Source: Lingula anatina | Taxonomy: Eukaryota; Animalia; Brachiopoda | Length of the DNA stretch: 64,000 bases | Assembly: GCA_051362555.1 (NCBI GenBank) | Contig: CM120643.1 | Span: 4,650,001-4,714,000 of the forward strand | Direction: 5' to 3' | Shown here: piece after piece, positions 37,593 through 50,745 of the stretch | How the letters are laid out: each line of letters starts with the position of its first letter | How positions within the stretch are numbered: position 1 is the stretch's first letter | Notes under the pieces: model-generated | Databases searched by the model: none | What the model was told of the DNA's origin: nothing | The model's input: only the letters and a program-made list of their open reading frames with translations | Made by a program: the position numbers and the translations under genes

Positions 37593-40360
37593 ACTACCAT
37601 GATGCTGGCAGACTTGGTTGTCCAGCCAGAGTTCTGGCAGATTGGGTTGTCCTGCCATTCTGATGGCAGTCTCAGCTGTCCTGCCATGAAACTGGCAGTC
37701 TAGATTGTCCTGCCATGTTCTGGCAGTCTCGGTTGTCCTGCCATGTTCTGGCAGTCTCAGTGGTCTTGCCATGATGCTGGCAGACTTGGTCGTCCTGCCA
37801 GAGTTCTGGCAGATTCAGCTGTCCTGTCATTCTGATGGCAGGTTCGGCTGTCCTGCCAAGAAACTGGTAGTCTAGATTGTCCTGCCATGTTCTGGCAGTC
37901 TTGGTTGTCCTGCCATGTTCTGGCAGTCTCAGTTGTCTTGCCATGATGCTGGCAGACTTGGTTGTCCTGCCAGAGTTCTGGCAGATTCGGCTGTCCTGTC
38001 ATTCTGATGGCAGGTTCGGCTGTCCTGCCATGAAACTGGCAGTCTAGATTGTCCTGCCATGTTCTGGAAGTCTCGGTTGTCCTGCCATGTTCTGGCAGTC
38101 TCAGTGGTCTTGCCATGATGCTGGCAGACTTGGTCGTCCTGCCAGAGTTCTGGCAGATTCGGCTGTCCTGTCATTCTGATGGCAGGTTCGGCTGTCCTGC
38201 CATGAAACTGGCAGTCTAGATTGTCCTGCCATGTTCTGGCAGTCTCGGTTGTCCTGCCATGTTCTGGCAGTCTCAGTGGTCTTGCCATGATGCTGGCAGA
38301 CTTGGTCGTCCTGCCAGAGTTCTGACAGATTCGGCTGTCCTGTCATTCTGATGGCAGGTTCGGCTGTCCTGCCATGAAACTGGCAGTCTAGATTGTCCTG
38401 CCATGTTCTGGCAGTCTGGGTTGTCCTGCCATGTTCTGGCAGTCTCAGTGGTCTTGCCATGATGCTGGCAGACTTGGTCGTCCTGCCAGAGTTCTAGCAG
38501 ATTCGGCTGTCCTGTCATTCTGATGGCAGGTTCGGCTGTCCTGCCATGAAACTGGCAGTCTAGATTGTCCTGCCATGTTCTGGCAGTCTCGGTTGTCCTG
38601 CCATGTTCTGGCAGTCTCAGTGGTCTTGCCATGATGCTGGCAGACTTGGTTGTCCTGCCAGAGTTCTGGCAGATTCGGCTGTCCTGTCATTCTGATGGCA
38701 GGTTCGGCTGTCCTGCCATGAAACTGGCAGTCTAGATTGTCCTGCCATGTTCTGGCAGTCTGGGTTGTCCTGCCATGTTCTGGCAGTCTCAGTGGTCTTG
38801 CCATGATACTGGCAGACTTGGTCGTCCTGCCAGAGTTCTGGCAGATTCGGCTATCCTGTCATTCTGATGGCAGGTTCGGCTGTCCTGCTATGAAACTGGT
38901 AGTCTAGATTGTCCTGCCATGTTCTGGCAGTCTGGGTTGTCCTGCCATGTTCTGGCAGTCTCAGTGGTCTTGCCATGATGCTGGCAGACTTGGTCGTCCT
39001 GCCAGAGTTCTAGCAGATTCGGCTGTCCTGTCATTCTGATGGCAGGTTCGGCTGTCCTGCCATGAAACTGGCAGTCTAGATTGTCCTGCCATGTTCTGGC
39101 AGTCTCGTTTGTCCTGCCATGTTCTGGCAGTCTCAGTGGTCTTGCCATGATGCTGGCAGACTTGGTTGTCCTGCCAGAGTTCTGGCAGATTCGGCTGTCC
39201 TGTCATTCTGATGGCAGGTTCAGCTGTCCTGCCATGAAACTGGCAGTCTAGATTGTCCTGCCATGTTCTGGCAGTCTCGGTTGTCCTGCCATGTTCTGGC
39301 AGTCTCAGTGGTCTTGCCATGATGCTGGCAGACTTGGTTGTCCTGCCAGAGTTCTGGCAGATTCAGCTGTGCTGCCATTCTGATTGCAGTCTCAGCTGTC
39401 CTGCCTTGAAACTGGCAGTCTGGGTTGCCCTTCCATGTTCTGGCAGTCACAATTGTCCTGCCATGTTTTTGTTAATCTTGATTGTCCTGCCAAGGTGCTG
39501 GTAGAATCGGTTGTCCAGTCATGATGCTGGCAGACTTGGTTGTCCTGCCATGATGCTGGCAGTTTAGGTCATCCTGCCATGACATTGGCAGTCTCGGTTG
39601 TCCTGCCATGACATTGGCAGTCCCGGTTGTCCTGCCTTGACATTGGCAGTCTCGGTTGTCCTGCCATGACATTGGCAGTCTCGGTTGTCCTGCCATGACA
39701 TTGGCAGTCCCGGTTGTCCTGCCATGACATTGGCAGTCTCGGTTGTCCTGTCATGACATTGGCAGTCTCGGTTGTCCTGCCATGACATTGGCAGTCTCTG
39801 TCGTCCTGCCATGACATTGGCAGTCTCGGTCGTCCTGCCATGACACTGGCAGTCCCGGTCGTCCTGCCATGACACTGGCAGTCTGGGTGGTCCTGCCATG
39901 TTCTGGCAGTCTGGGTGGTCCTGCCATGACACTGGCAGTCTGGGTGGTCCTGCTATGTTCTAGCAGTCTGGGTGGTCCTGCCATGTTCTGGCAGTCTGGG
40001 TGGTCCTGCCATGATACTGGCAGTCTGGGAGGTCCTGCCATGTTCTGGCAGTCTGGGTGGTCCTGCCAGGATGCTGGCAGTCTGGGAGGTCCTGCCATGT
40101 TCTGGCAGTCTGGGTGTTCCTGCCATGACACTGGCAGTCTGGGTGGTCCTGCCATGTTCTGGCAGTTTGGGTGGTCCTGCCATGATGCTGGCAGTCTGGG
40201 AGGTCCTGGCATGTTCTGGCAGTCTGGGTGGTCCTGCCATGATGCTGGCAGTCTCGATGGTCCTGGCATGTTCTGGCAGTCTCAGTTGTACTGCCATGTT
40301 CTGGCAGTTTTCAATGGTCCTGCCTTGTTCTAGCAGGCCCGGCTGTCCTGCCATGATGCT
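37593..40360. repeat. 28/29-bp hairpin satellite: ~11 x 172-bp hexameric HOR, then a monomer tract, then a mostly 57-bp dimer tract
   Basis: Monomer GTCCTGCCA-N5/6-TGGCAG-N8. The ORF track repeats every 172 bp (37757, 37929, 38101, 38273, 38445). Homogeneous 29-mers at ~39570-39870; alternating 28/29-mers to ~40330. Confidence 0.97.
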
Positions 40361-40850
40361 ATGTTAGGTCCAGTCATATTCTCATTATTATACATTATTA
40401 TACATTATTATACCTGTAGAAAAAATCATACTTAAGCATGGTCTGAACACTGTCATTTTTGCAGATGACACACAAGTATATATGACATGCAAAAGCAACC
40501 AGTCTGCAACAATCACTTCTATGGAGGCTTGTCTTGCAGAGTTTTCGAGAATGGATGAAGGCGAACATGTTGGCTTTAAATAATACTAAGACTGAGTTGA
40601 TATGGTTTACATCAAGTTCAAGGCAAGTAGGAAAAATGCAGCAAATGCCAGCATTGCATAGGAGATGTTCTTATAAAACCATCTAGTTCTGTAAAAGATC
40701 TGGGAGTTGCCATCGATAGAAATGGCACTGTGGGGAAGCATGTATCTGAAGTGTGAATATCAGCATCTTATGCACTATTGGAAAAGTAAGGAAAGTGTTA
40801 AATAACAAATCCACTGAAAAATTAGTAAATGCATTTAAATCATCAAGATA
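40361..40850 (+). mobile_element. L2-clade RT fragment, copy 1
   Basis: LGPVIFS...[20 protein letters not shown]...LALNNTKTELIWF. Confidence 0.85.
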
Positions 40851-40963
40851 AGTCTCAGTTATCCTGCCATGATGCTGGAAGTCTCGACTGCCCTGCCATG
40901 AAGCTGGCAGTCTCGCTTGGCTTGCCATGTTCTGGCATTTTTCGGTGGTCCTGCCTTGATGCT
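40851..40963. repeat. ~4 diverged monomers of the hairpin satellite
   Basis: CCTGCCATGATGCTGGAAGTCTC and related monomers. Confidence 0.9.
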
Positions 40964-41577
40964 GTGTTAGGTCCAATCCTGTTTTCATTATACATGTTAC
41001 CTGTAGAAGATATACTTAAACATGGTCTGAACACTGTCATTTTTGCAGATGACACAAGTCTATATTACATGCAAGAGCAACCAGTCTGCAACAATCACTT
41101 CTATAGAGGCTTGTCTTGCAGAGATTCGAGAATGGATGAATGTGAACATTTTGGCTTTAAATGATACTAAGGCCAAGTTGATATGGTTTACATCAAGGTT
41201 CAAAGCAGATAGGAAAAATGCAGCAAGTACCGACATTTGCATAGATGGCATCTAGTTCTGTAAAAGATCTGGTAGTTACCCTCAATGAAAACGGCACTGT
41301 AGGGAAGCATGTATCTGAAGTGTGTAAATCAGCATCTTCTGCACATTAGAAAAGTAAGGAAAGTGTTCAATAACAGAACCACTGAACAATTAGTAAATAC
41401 ATTTAAATCATCAAGATAAGATTACTGCAAGTCTCCTCTTTGGTACATATGACTATCATACTAAAAATTATTTAGTTATTCAAAACTCAGCTGCAAGACT
41501 GGTTTGTCAGATAAAGTGCAATATCTGTGCACACCATGTCACTCCCATTCTGAAAGGATTACACTGGCTGCCAGTGA
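40964..41577 (+). mobile_element. L2-clade RT fragment, copy 2 (longer)
   Basis: [14 protein letters not shown]...FADDT...[14 protein letters not shown]...IQNSAARLV...HVTPILKGLHWLPV; a diverged duplicate of 40361-40850. Confidence 0.85.
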
Positions 41578-41728
41578 AGCCATGAAGCTAGCAGTCTCAG
41601 TTGTCGAGCCATGTTCTGGAAGTTTCAGTCGTCCTGCCATGATGCTGGCAGTCTCACTTGTCTTGCCATGTTTTGGCAGTCTCTGTTGTCCTGCCATGAT
41701 GCTTGCAGTCTGGGTTATCCTGCGATGC
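41578..41728. repeat. ~5 diverged monomers of the hairpin satellite
   Basis: GTCCTGCCATGATGCTGGCAGTCTC and related monomers. Confidence 0.9.
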
Positions 41729-43020
41729 TCAAATTACAAAACCAGCTCTATAGGATTATTATTTTTTCATTAAATTTATAGTATTTTTACTAAAATCAGT
41801 TTTACCTGCTGTGTATTTTTCAGGGAGTGGTTACAAGGCAGCAAGAGTATGGTATAGAGCTGTTATCCAGGATTAATTAGTGATTCATGTCATCCAGTGA
41901 TTCATGTCTAGATGTCTTACCAGTACACCTGTGGCAGAGTACCCCAGTACATCTACCACTGCCCTTGGCTCTACAGACAGCAAACTGATGAATTCACCCC
42001 TACTCCCAAGCAGCCACCTTTGCCCCTGTTCTCATTTGGACTCCATATGTTGTGATATAGTTAATGTGATCCCAGTCTACCAGACAGCAGCACCATCAGT
42101 CTAGCCAGCAAACAAAGCCACATGTTATCCTTCCCACCTTACTCAACTGCAGGCAATCTGTCAATAGAGAGTGCAGTGAAAAAAATTACAAATGGTTTAA
42201 AATTAGCATTTAATATGTTGTATGCATTTTCATCTGAGAACAAAATTATTAAAGGCATTTCTTTGTCTGCATTATACATGGTACTAGACAGTACCAGAAG
42301 CGATATACCTGAATTTCTTTTTATATTCCTCCAATGAAATTCAGATTATGTATTTGTAAAAACACATCAGCTTATTAGCTCTTGGTAGTTTTCATGCAGC
42401 ATGGTTTTGGTTGAAATAAAATTTCTCCTCGTGTACTCTTAAATATGAATCTGTACTTAAGTGTGAAGCCGTGTACCTGAAGCTGAATGACTTTGATGGC
42501 TACAGTGTACAGCTCTTCATATCTTTTGTGATCTTATGTGGGCAGTTTGCCTCTATGACATGAACAATGAACAGTTCACTTAATGATGTGATATTCATAT
42601 AGACCAATATATTTCTTGATCATAAAGTTTGTTTATATTGCATAATTTAGTCTTTTACAAAGCCTTTTCTGTTTTTTTTACTTACAGTAATGAATAAACT
42701 TAGAATAGTTATCTCTGAAAGGAACATGTTGATGGTTTTCTTTGTCATTTCCTGGGTAAAGTAAGAAAAGGCAACGTGCACTATTTAACACACATTGGTA
42801 CAATGTACTGCAGTGAAGATGTAGATGGCATCCTTTTCAAATTGATTGATTTTTATACCATTTAGGTGCAGTCTTCTGTTGAGCATATTTGTAATTTGAG
42901 TGTTTAAAAACACTGTTCTGTTGATTTTGAGTTTATTTCTCTTGAACAACCTCGAAACAATGAAGGGAAACATTATTGCAAGTATTTTTAATTTGTGTGA
43001 AATAAAATGCAGTTTTAGTA

Positions 43021-45993
43021 CAGCCCGGGAGCCACCAGCTCATATGACGGTTATTTAGGAAAATACTAGATTTGGCCTCGTTTTCAAAAAGGGAGCGGAT
43101 ATCTCTAAGAAAAAATGGCGTGAGAAGGCATTGAGACAGGTAAGATGTACATGTTTATACAATGACCAGTTGATTTATATACTAATAAATTCAACGAGAC
43201 AGTACAGCATATGCTTCAGTTACATTTTATACACCAAAGGAATGTTCGTGTGTGGATTTTACGGAGCTTTTTCTGAAGTTACATTCCTCTTCCAAAATGG
43301 CTGCAGACAACGTGGCATTGTAACTGTGTTTTTGAATTGTGCCAAATGTAGATGGACTTTTTCCTTTGTCTGTTCAGGTTTTTCCATAGTTTGACATTCA
43401 TTTTTGAACATATAAAATTTTTGAGCACCGACCAAACCTGTAACTTGGTGGTTTTTGATATTTCCAAAGAAGGTTCATATTTAGTGTAATCAATCACAGC
43501 ATCAGCACAGCCCTGGCAGTCTAATCTCATGTTGAATGAATTCACAGTTAAATATGTAATGCTTGCTTTCTTATGCAATTACATCATGTTTTGTTGTAAA
43601 TAAGATGGAATGGTTTGTGAATTGGCATTGTGCTCCGCCCTGCATGTGTGTGCATGGGGTGAGTGTAGGGGGTATACATGCTTGTAAATATAGTTGTGAA
43701 AGATGCAAAATTGAAAAACAACCACAAGCATGTTTTCAAAAACGAATAACAAATTTTAGCTTTACACATGTTTACCCTTTTGTTAGGGGGCAAATGTATG
43801 ATATCAATGTGGTGGAAAACTTGTTACTCAAAAATAAGTTTTATCAATTTTTTTACCTTCATTGGTTGATGATTTTTAATAGTAAACACAGTGCTTCATA
43901 AAATGCCACTATTACATTGTGTGTTTTTAAATTGTGATAGCCATATCATAGGCAATTTTTTTTTTTTTTTTTTTTTTTTGTGCTAGAGTATCTGCTGGAT
44001 GTGTCAACAAAACTGGTTCTCTAGTTGGGGGAACAGATCCTAGTGCTTTTGAGGATTCGGCATCATACATGTATGCACTGTTTTGTTGCCATAACTTTAT
44101 TTTTGTCTCGCAAGTTGACTGCCATATATGCTCTCTTTCTCTCTCATCACACACACACACACACCTGCATACACATGGCTTACTAGTTTGTGAAAGAAAA
44201 TTGTTTCATGAAATAAAAACCTTATATTTGTAAAACTCCTCCTTTGTTTTAATTTTTAAATTGTACTATTTTGTGAAACAAAATGTACCAGTACAATAAT
44301 TAGTGTGAACAGTGTAGTTTGTAGACATGTACCCCAGTATGTATTTCCTAAAATCTTCAGGGCTTAATTGTTTCTATGGGATTTTAATTGATTTGAAGAT
44401 GAGCATGTTTGCCACAGTTCAGCTCCTGATGATAAGCTTTATTCATCTATACTGATACACTTTTTAGATAATTCCATTGTTACCAGCTTCCCTATTACCA
44501 AGATTGTGATTTATTATTTATTTAGATTTTAGTTTGCGTGTTGTTGTTGTGTGTGTGGAGAGAGATTTGCAGTTAGAAAAGTGTTTTTTAATTTAATATT
44601 TTTCTAGGCTTGAAGAACATGAATGGGACCAGGATTAATCATTTTGCCATTCCTTGGCCTGCTATTATTATGACAGAAGCACCTATCATTTCCAAATGCT
44701 ATGTGGCATTGAGCACCATCACAACATCTGACAATCTTTTTAGGAATGAAAAATATTTTTGTGCTGTGCTAGCTGATGCTTATAATAACAATATTTATTG
44801 ATCATCAGAATAACTAATTTGTCATATTATTTTACCGGTAGGTTTGAACCATGCACCAAAAGTAGGGTTATTAAGTTTAATGTGCAAGCTTTTGCATACA
44901 TGACATGGCTTGTAGAAATTATTCTTATAAAAACAAAAGTTAATTCAAATGCAAATATAGATTGGTACAGGAATAAGTTGGTGTCAGTGAGAAAAAAACT
45001 GACCTCGGGTAAATTTATAAAATATTATTTGTTAAAATTGGCCTTGTTTTTAAAAGTAAGTAGTGTGTTTGTTGGCCAACTGTACATGTATATGTTCTGA
45101 TCTAGAAGTGTAAAATGAGTCACCATATCGATGTTGCGAAGATAAAAATAACACTTTTTGTCACAAATATGCATGTATATTTGCATAACTTTAATCCCTG
45201 TTGGTTTTCACAATATTACTTTCTGTTGACAATATAATGCCTCATATGTCATAAAAGTTGCTCATATGTAAAAATTTAATAAAGTACCTGTAGAGTCAAT
45301 TGATAAAAAGTACTCATTTGTTTTTTATTTGTCTTTTCATAAAAAGAAACTCATCAATCAGCCTCATGTAATAGATAAATGCTTATTTACAAAGAAAAAA
45401 AATGAGATTTATATTTTCATTTTTCCCATTCTTCCTGTGCAAGCTTTGTTTCTCTATATGGACAATACTGTGCGAAGAATAATCCAAAACGAAGCTAGAT
45501 TAGAACAAGAATGTGCTAAGTCAAAATGAGGCTGGTACACGGATATTGCCAGTACGACTTTTTTCTGCATGCTCCGCTGTGAATTTATTTGTGCCAATGC
45601 TGGATGAAGGTAAAGTTCCTTACATGCTTACATTTACAGAAAGCTGAATAAATTTGCCACAACTTGCTGTAATTTAAAATCCCGACCTGTTCTCTAAGAA
45701 TGCAAGCATTGGAGATAAATTTCCGTTGTAGTTTTAGTAAATTTTAGATTTCAAACTCCCTTTTGTACACAAAATAGGATTTAGATCAACTCGAGGAGCA
45801 TCTCACATAATTTGAAATTTATTTCTTAAAATGACGGTATACATGTTCATAATGAAACTCTTATACCCTTAATAGCCGAGATATTCCACCGTTCCTGACA
45901 TCCTATAAATCTAAAAAAATTACCCAATTCAAAAATCTATAACTTCCGGTTTGGTTAAAACCACCTAGCGGCAGACCGGTGGCTCCCGGGCTG
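43021..45993. mobile_element. 2973-bp TIR DNA transposon, 3-bp TSD GTA (Academ-like, tentative)
   Basis: GTA|CAGCCCGGGAGCCACC ... GGTGGCTCCCGGGCTG|GTA, a perfect 16-bp TIR. No transposase ORF recognised. Confidence 0.8.
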
Positions 45994-46149
45994 GTAATGT
46001 TTTTTATATAAATTGTTAATGACATACTTTTCTCAGCTTCAGAACATTTCAAGTATAAATGCTTCTGACACTACAATATTTATTCAATAATACTTATTTT
46101 TGAAATGTATTTTTATCATTGCCAACAAATTACATATAGGCTACATGTT

Positions 46150-47072
46150 TTTAAACAGCTGCACTGGCTTAGAGCACAGGTCTAGCTTACTTTAAATTTA
46201 GGCTATTGTTCATACAATATTTTACCAATCACCCAGTCCTTACAGTACTTAGTCCAAAAGTATATTCTAAATGGTAACTTAAAACCATTTAATAAATAAC
46301 TTCTTACACCATGTAAATAACTGAATTTGTCTTAAATAGTAGCAAAGAATACATCTTTTCCGTCAATATTGTTCTAACTCCCGGTTTTTATTATCAGTTC
46401 GTGGTTTGTCATTCTTAATTTGCAGAGTATAATTAATCTTGATCTCCCAGTGTTAGTGTGTGTGTGTGTGTTGTTCAAATTCACAATATATTTAAAGAAT
46501 ATTAAAAATAAATATCTTGTAGTTTTCTTTATATCTCATCGACAGTGTGAAAATGAAGAAACAGAAATGAAAGGGTACACAGTAAAAACGCGTTCTGGGA
46601 AGGGCAGAGAAATATGGGGAAAAAGGGGATCTTTATAAAGTTAAAATATTTTCCGTTTATACAGTCCATAAAAAGTGTCTTATTTTTCTGCCAGTAGGCG
46701 TTTATATGTGTACCACAGGCGGTAGGCCCTACAAATAGCCTTCAACCTTCTGCGCATAATTACTACTCCCGCTCCACCAAGCATTTTCCTCAGCTAGCCT
46801 ATGGCCCAGAAGATATAAAAATGACCTTTTTTAAAAACCATATCGGTAAAAAAAACATTTTATTCGTGATGAGTCAAAAAACTGAAGCAACTCTGCATGC
46901 ACGTACGTGAATTGTATCGAATTCCGGGCTGTTGTGCAAATGGACCAAATATATCCAGAGTGGACATTTTCTCAGCAAATAGAGTTATTTCGAACCGCCC
47001 GTCAATTTTTCTCAATATCACATTTTTATTCTCATTATTATATACATTACAGGGGGAATTGTCCGGGGTGAA

Positions 47073-47110
<38 letters not shown>

Positions 47111-48547
47111 CTAATTACCTGAATAGATTTTCTAAAGACGAGGATGAATAAGAACATTTGAAGCTTTTTTTCAAATAATACGTCCATGAAATTTCTTTGG
47201 AAATATAAGGATTAAGAAATTTAAGTTGACTTATCAACTCTATCATTTAAGGCAGCAATTTCAATAAAATTTTGTACAGCGTATGTGCAAATGAAGCGTT
47301 TCGCGTGTTTCGACAGTGATCTCCTTGGTAGATACACAGCGTGGTGTGCTGCCGAGTCCTATTAGTCTGTGGTTTGAGACAAGTTGAATGCAGAATCCAT
47401 GGACATAATTCCAGAGCTGTTATCTGTCGCTGGGATCGTGAACTAAACGTTATCTGAAACGGACATGGAAACAAAACTTAAAATTGCGCTGACACACACC
47501 ATTATTCAATCTTGCGTTTTAATAAAACGTGATCACATCTCTTAATTGATCTAGTCTGTGTAACCAACAGAAAGAATAGTTCTCTAATATTCAGAGACCA
47601 ACTTCGGTGTTTGGAATTTTATATAGTATTGAAAACATGCATGAACAGTTTCGGACAAAGTCCACATTTCACGCCTGTTTTAATCCAGACACGAAGTCTA
47701 TTTTTCGAGAAAAGAACACCAACCAGTTTGTATATATACTTCTGATGCTGTCCCAACCATGATTGTGACGGACTCCACAAATATATATCACCCCATTGTG
47801 TTAGTGAAGACTGGACGAAAGACGAGAAGGGGGGGGGGGCACCTCCCTCTTGTGGTGTACGGCAGATAGCATGTACGTGTATTGCAACGACTGGAGTGTT
47901 TGAAGGGAAATGTGTTGGACTGTGTGTGTGTGTGGGGGGGGGGGGGGGGTATCGGGGATGGATGTAGGAGAAAGGAAGGGAGATATACAAAAAGATCAGT
48001 TCGTTACAACAGTCGACCTACATGTACCTCACGGGGAACAGATATCCTCAAGTTGTCCCCAACAGCACGTTGAGTCTAAGAGATTTCTGGAAACTCACCT
48101 CAGCATATGGTACCTCTGGAGCGGTGTAAGTTGTAGAACCAGTAGGCCTACATGTACTTAGTTGTAGTACAGTGTAGTAGGACTATATGATGCACTAGTG
48201 GCAGTAGTAGTTGTAGTATAGAAGGCAATAATAATAATAACTGGCAAGGGCTGTATATCAGTAATACTCACATACACGTGGCTGTGAATACAATACAGTT
48301 AAATACAGTTAAACAAACCAAGTGATCAATGTGCGGATCTCGTTACAGCACGCTTATTTAATGGTTATATCAACAGCAACAAGGAGACAAATTACCTCTA
48401 AATCAGACAGCTCCATGAAACGCGCCGTGCATCATTTTCGGACTTTGTTGTAGCACGTATTAGTAAACAGAGTATATTTACCCCTGGAATTTAACTTAAA
48501 ATGTGTAAAGGACCGATTTCACACACACACATACATAAACATAAACA

Positions 48548-48614
<67 letters not shown>

Positions 48615-50706
48615 TAGCATAACATAACATAAGACAAAAACAATTAGAAATTGCACGCATAATTCCCCGACAAATATAGTTAATTTTTTTTTCAAATATC
48701 CAATCTTGGGTTACATTTGTCGTACATACGATGTCCGCATGGTGTCCTTGTATTGCCCATATGCTACTCGTGGAGCGTCCGCTACTTAACTTCAAGGTCC
48801 TGTGGGAGAAATGGTACTGCGCCCGTACCGAACGTAAGCATGCTAGTCCATAGACACTTACAGTACAAAAATATGGAAAATTAATTTCTATTTCATCGTA
48901 CGGCGTCTGTTAAAAATGTAACCTTGGCTTTAGTAGAAGTAAATTTTTACACCTAATGCTTTCGTTTATAGCCGTTTTTTATCTTTTTTATTATGGCAGG
49001 TGTGATTTTTTGCATTTTTGCCCAGAACAGAAATTGACTAGTTTCTGACAATAATGATGATAATCCCCCCCCCCCCCACACACACACATTAACAATCTCT
49101 GACATGTGTTTTCTAAGATATCTGTGTGCAATTTAATCATCCCTAAAGACGTTCCTGCTCATAACTGAATTAATTTTCGATTTTATTTATGTCTCGGATA
49201 AACCTGTTTTAATTTTTTCTCTCTCTCCCTCCCTCTCTCGCTCGTTTTCTTAATCTTTCTTGCTAACATAAAATATGTTTTCTGTCACCGTGAAGACATT
49301 TCAAATGAGCAATCTCAGTTAATACGGGAAATGAGCCATAGGCTTCCCTCTACCAAGGCCGCAGTTATTGTGCTGTGGACATTTTTTGCTTTTACAGTAC
49401 AGAGATTAGTTATCTATTTAACCAGACACGCATCTTTGAATATCTAGTGAAAAACCAATCTATGGCCCTGGTAGAGGGTAGCCAGAGGCTGCCGTGTGTT
49501 GATTTTGATGCTGTCTCAACCATGATTGTGACGGACTCCACAAATATCAGCCAATTGCGTTAGTGAAGACATAACGGGGAGGGGATGAAATGTTTATAAA
49601 GAAATGAACTAATTAGAAATGGCAATATGCTATTTTAGTTTAAATTAGATGTCGACGAACCATTCAGTAGGGAAAGTTAGATTAAAAGGAAATATGTTGA
49701 AATGAAACGGCACAAAAACGATGAGGGGAGAGTATGGATGATGGTATAAAAGGTTTGGGAGAGTCGAGGAAATTGAGTTTTGAGTGCGTTCGGGTGTTTA
49801 CCGGTATCCTTTAACTTTAACACATGTACACCAGGTTATACAAACTTTTACAACTTTTGTCACTTAAAAACTGGACAGATTCATCTTTTTTACTTATATA
49901 ACTACCGTATGTTTCAACTATAGTAGTTCACAAAGATGAACTTTAAAGATGAGAAAGAGACACTAAAAACGCAGCACTGGAAAATTAATTGGCAAAGCTT
50001 CAACGCTACGAAAGGAACTAAAATTAAAATAAATTACAAATGGAATCTACGTGGAGTCAAAGTTTGCTATTTTTGAACTACATAAACTGTCAGCGATCAA
50101 TTTTCACAGCAAGTATGTTTGCCGACTTGCTCGAAATATTGCACATTTTCTTTTATGCACTAGGGCAATTTGCGCGACTAACAGAAGTGCTAACGAATGC
50201 GATTTCGTGCTTTGCCGAACTGTCCCCATAGACAATGGGCTAAAAAGAGAGTAGTGCAGATTGCGGTTTTATTAATTTAAAATGAATTTTTTTACGATGT
50301 TGAGATATTTGGGACTTCACAAAGAAATCTCAACAATATTTCAAAAATGTTCCAGTAACATAGAAAGTTGGGGTAAGGACGTGAGTGTCACTTCTACCTG
50401 AGGTGTGCAAAATGCTGAATCCCCGAGGAAAGCTACCTAACGGAGACTGAAATATCGGAGCGCAAAAACTGACCTGTTTTAATTATTGATTAAAACAGGC
50501 TGATAGTATGACCAAGTTTGAAATTCCTGAAACATTGAAAGGCTTGAATCGAAATATAATAAATTTCTTAATTGCCTTTTTGTTTTTCTTTTTTTTTTTC
50601 TATATCATTTTGTATAGTCAAAATACTTTATTATAGCAAACTGCTAACCTCTCTAACATTTCTATATTACTAACCGAGGCGTAACTTTCCAAAGCATAAA
50701 AAATAG

Positions 50707-50745
<39 letters not shown>

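Noticed and set aside
37533-40367. Many 76-172-aa repetitive ORFs (MARPLRLPEHGR...)
   Set aside because: Translation artefacts of the 28/29/172-bp satellite; the unit lengths shift frame and ORFs appear on both strands.
47074-47110. Poly-G run / poly-Gly ORF / G-quadruplex
   Set aside because: Simple homopolymer; similar runs recur across the window and their length may be unreliable.
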